This document shows positions 51,666 through 53,380 of a stretch of 53,380 bases of DNA, one piece after another (positions within the stretch are counted from its first letter, which is position 1; every line of letters begins with the position of its first letter). Under the pieces are notes generated by a model, which searched no databases, had not been told where the DNA came from, and saw only the letters and a list, made by a program, of their open reading frames with translations. The stretch is taken from contig CAUYUJ010000321.1 of assembly GCA_963575745.1 (NCBI GenBank), positions 62,001 to 115,380 of the forward strand, written 5' to 3'. The stretch is from Prorocentrum cordatum. Taxonomy: Eukaryota. The position numbers and the translations under genes were made by a program.

Positions 51666-52071
51666 CTAGGCATCCATAGAATCGTCATGCTGCGCAAGCC
51701 TCTCCTCGAATGCGTGCATTTCGACGTCTATCGGGGCTATGAATTCTTCGTCGGAAACTTCATCGTAATCGTCACACTCACGAGGCAGAGTCGCCGTGTC
51801 CAATGCAATTTTTTGAAAGCCGGTCGTGTAGCACTGCCACATAACCATGTCGCATGTCGCGGCGTTGTCGTTCACCTTCCCCAACCACGCGGCAAGTGCA
51901 TCGCAAACACATGTCCTGCCATGATTCACGTATCCACACACCCACCCACCCACTCACTCGCTCACTCACTTACGTACGCGCACTCTTACTCACTCGCTCT
52001 CTCACCAACTCTCTCGATCACACACTTAACGACGCACTTGCACTCGCACACCAGCAACGCGAACAACAACA

Positions 52072-52140
<69 letters not shown>

Positions 52141-52347
52141 GTGCAGCACCTGCCCACGCCCAGTTGGGCTACATTCGAAAACGGTACCACGCTGAGTTGG
52201 AAGATGAAGACGCCTCGCGCCTGCCGAGCGGGCATGGGCAAATTGGGAGGAAGGGGGGGGGGCATGAGGGAAGGGCGGGTGAGGGGGAGGGAACGGGGTG
52301 GGAGAAGGAGGGGAAACAGCGACCGATGAGGACGATTGAACGGAGGG

Positions 52348-52380
<33 letters not shown>

Positions 52381-53380
52381 GGGGCGGGGCGAGGGGTGGG
52401 GGGGGAGGCAGGGGGGCGACGCGGAGGAATGGCGGACAGGAGACGGGAATATGACGACGGGACGAGAAAGAGGGGATGGCGGAGGACAACGGGGAAGGAG
52501 GGTGGGTCACACCATGCATTTCAAGCGCGAAGCGCCCTCTCCTCTCTCTCCTCTCTCTCTCTCTCTCAGTCTTCTCTCTCTCTCTCTGCCTCTCGCCTCC
52601 TATCTCTCTCTATATCTCGTTGTAATTCGGCTGTCGCCCCCATCCTACATCTCATGGCTCTACAATTCCTCTCTCTGCTCCGCCCCACCCCCCCCCCCCC
52701 CCTGCCATGGGATATCGGCGGGGACCAGCCCGTTATCTTGCGGCCGTGGGGGACCTCAAGTGGACGCGCATACCTTTGAGTGGTGCGTGCGCAACAAGCC
52801 CCCCCCCCCCCCCCCCCCCCCCCCCGACGCCCCCCGCGCCCCCCCTCCCCCGTGCGGCGCGCACTTTTGAGGCGTAGTCTGCACGTTCTTGGCGGCGCCC
52901 ACCTTCTCACGATCGAAGTCCAACTGGGCGAACGGGCGCGCGATTAGGGGGATGAGGAAGGACGCGCGGCCTGGATGAACACAATAACGGCGACGCGCAA
53001 TAGGATCAAGAGCAGGAGACGACATGACCAATTCCTTGTCACTTCCCTCCTTCGCGCCGTCGTTCGTGCTAGTCCCACCCGCCCCCCATTAATCAACCTA
53101 TCAATCAACCTCCATATCAACCAACCTCCTAGTCGCTGTCACTTCAAGCGCCGCGGGTGGGGAATGCAAGGATCGGCCCATGTGCGAGAACTCGGTTTTC
53201 TGGTTCTGAAAGATTTTCATGAAGTGTTGTGAATCACGCTTGCGCTTGAACTTTGTCAAGACCATCATGCCGCTCGCTTGGTTCCGCTTGTAAATGTCGC
53301 AGGGGTAGGTGCCATGAAACTCGAATAACGTCCTCTCCAACAATTGCGAACCAACACTGCGGTGGACCACTATCGCAAAG
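51666..53380 (-). CDS. 3' part of a multi-exon hypothetical gene running off the window
   Basis: Exon-like blocks at 53380-53150, ~52975-52865, ~52775-52705, ~52240-52140 and ~51920-51666 (acidic C-terminus ...HDDSMDA*). Confidence 0.45.

Noticed and set aside
51666..53380. pogo/DDE_1 transposase identity for the last gene
   Set aside because: Only a vague resemblance (IPLIARPFAQLD); catalytic motifs not identifiable.

Overview
Repeat-dense, GC-rich eukaryotic DNA. The 22-nt dinoflagellate spliced leader (DinoSL, DCCGTAGCCATTTTGGCTCAAG) and probable GC/GA splice donors point to a dinoflagellate; a Prorocentrum-like origin is my inference. Most ORFs in the track are artefacts of (CCT)n, (CAT)n and (GGT)n microsatellites. 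Real content: (1) an apparently full-length but disrupted non-LTR retrotransposon (25097-~31685, +; ORF1 plus APE-RT-CCHC-RNase H ORF2) that begins exactly with a perfect DinoSL and has (CCT)n on both sides. (2) A spliced PDZ + RING-H2 gene (~32833-37220, -). (3) A disrupted CACTA/CMC-like transposase (39668-42666, -) preceded by a near-perfect SL, split by a 1.2-kb TIR element with an 8-bp TSD, and lying at the 3' end of a run of minus-strand multi-exon genes. (4) Further SL relics at 12817 and 46707. (5) Many unrelated MITE families sharing T...A termini and 5-bp TSDs, plus a TA-TSD MITE, a 1.4-kb A-tailed retroposon and several satellites. All calls come from reading motifs by eye; no database search was run.
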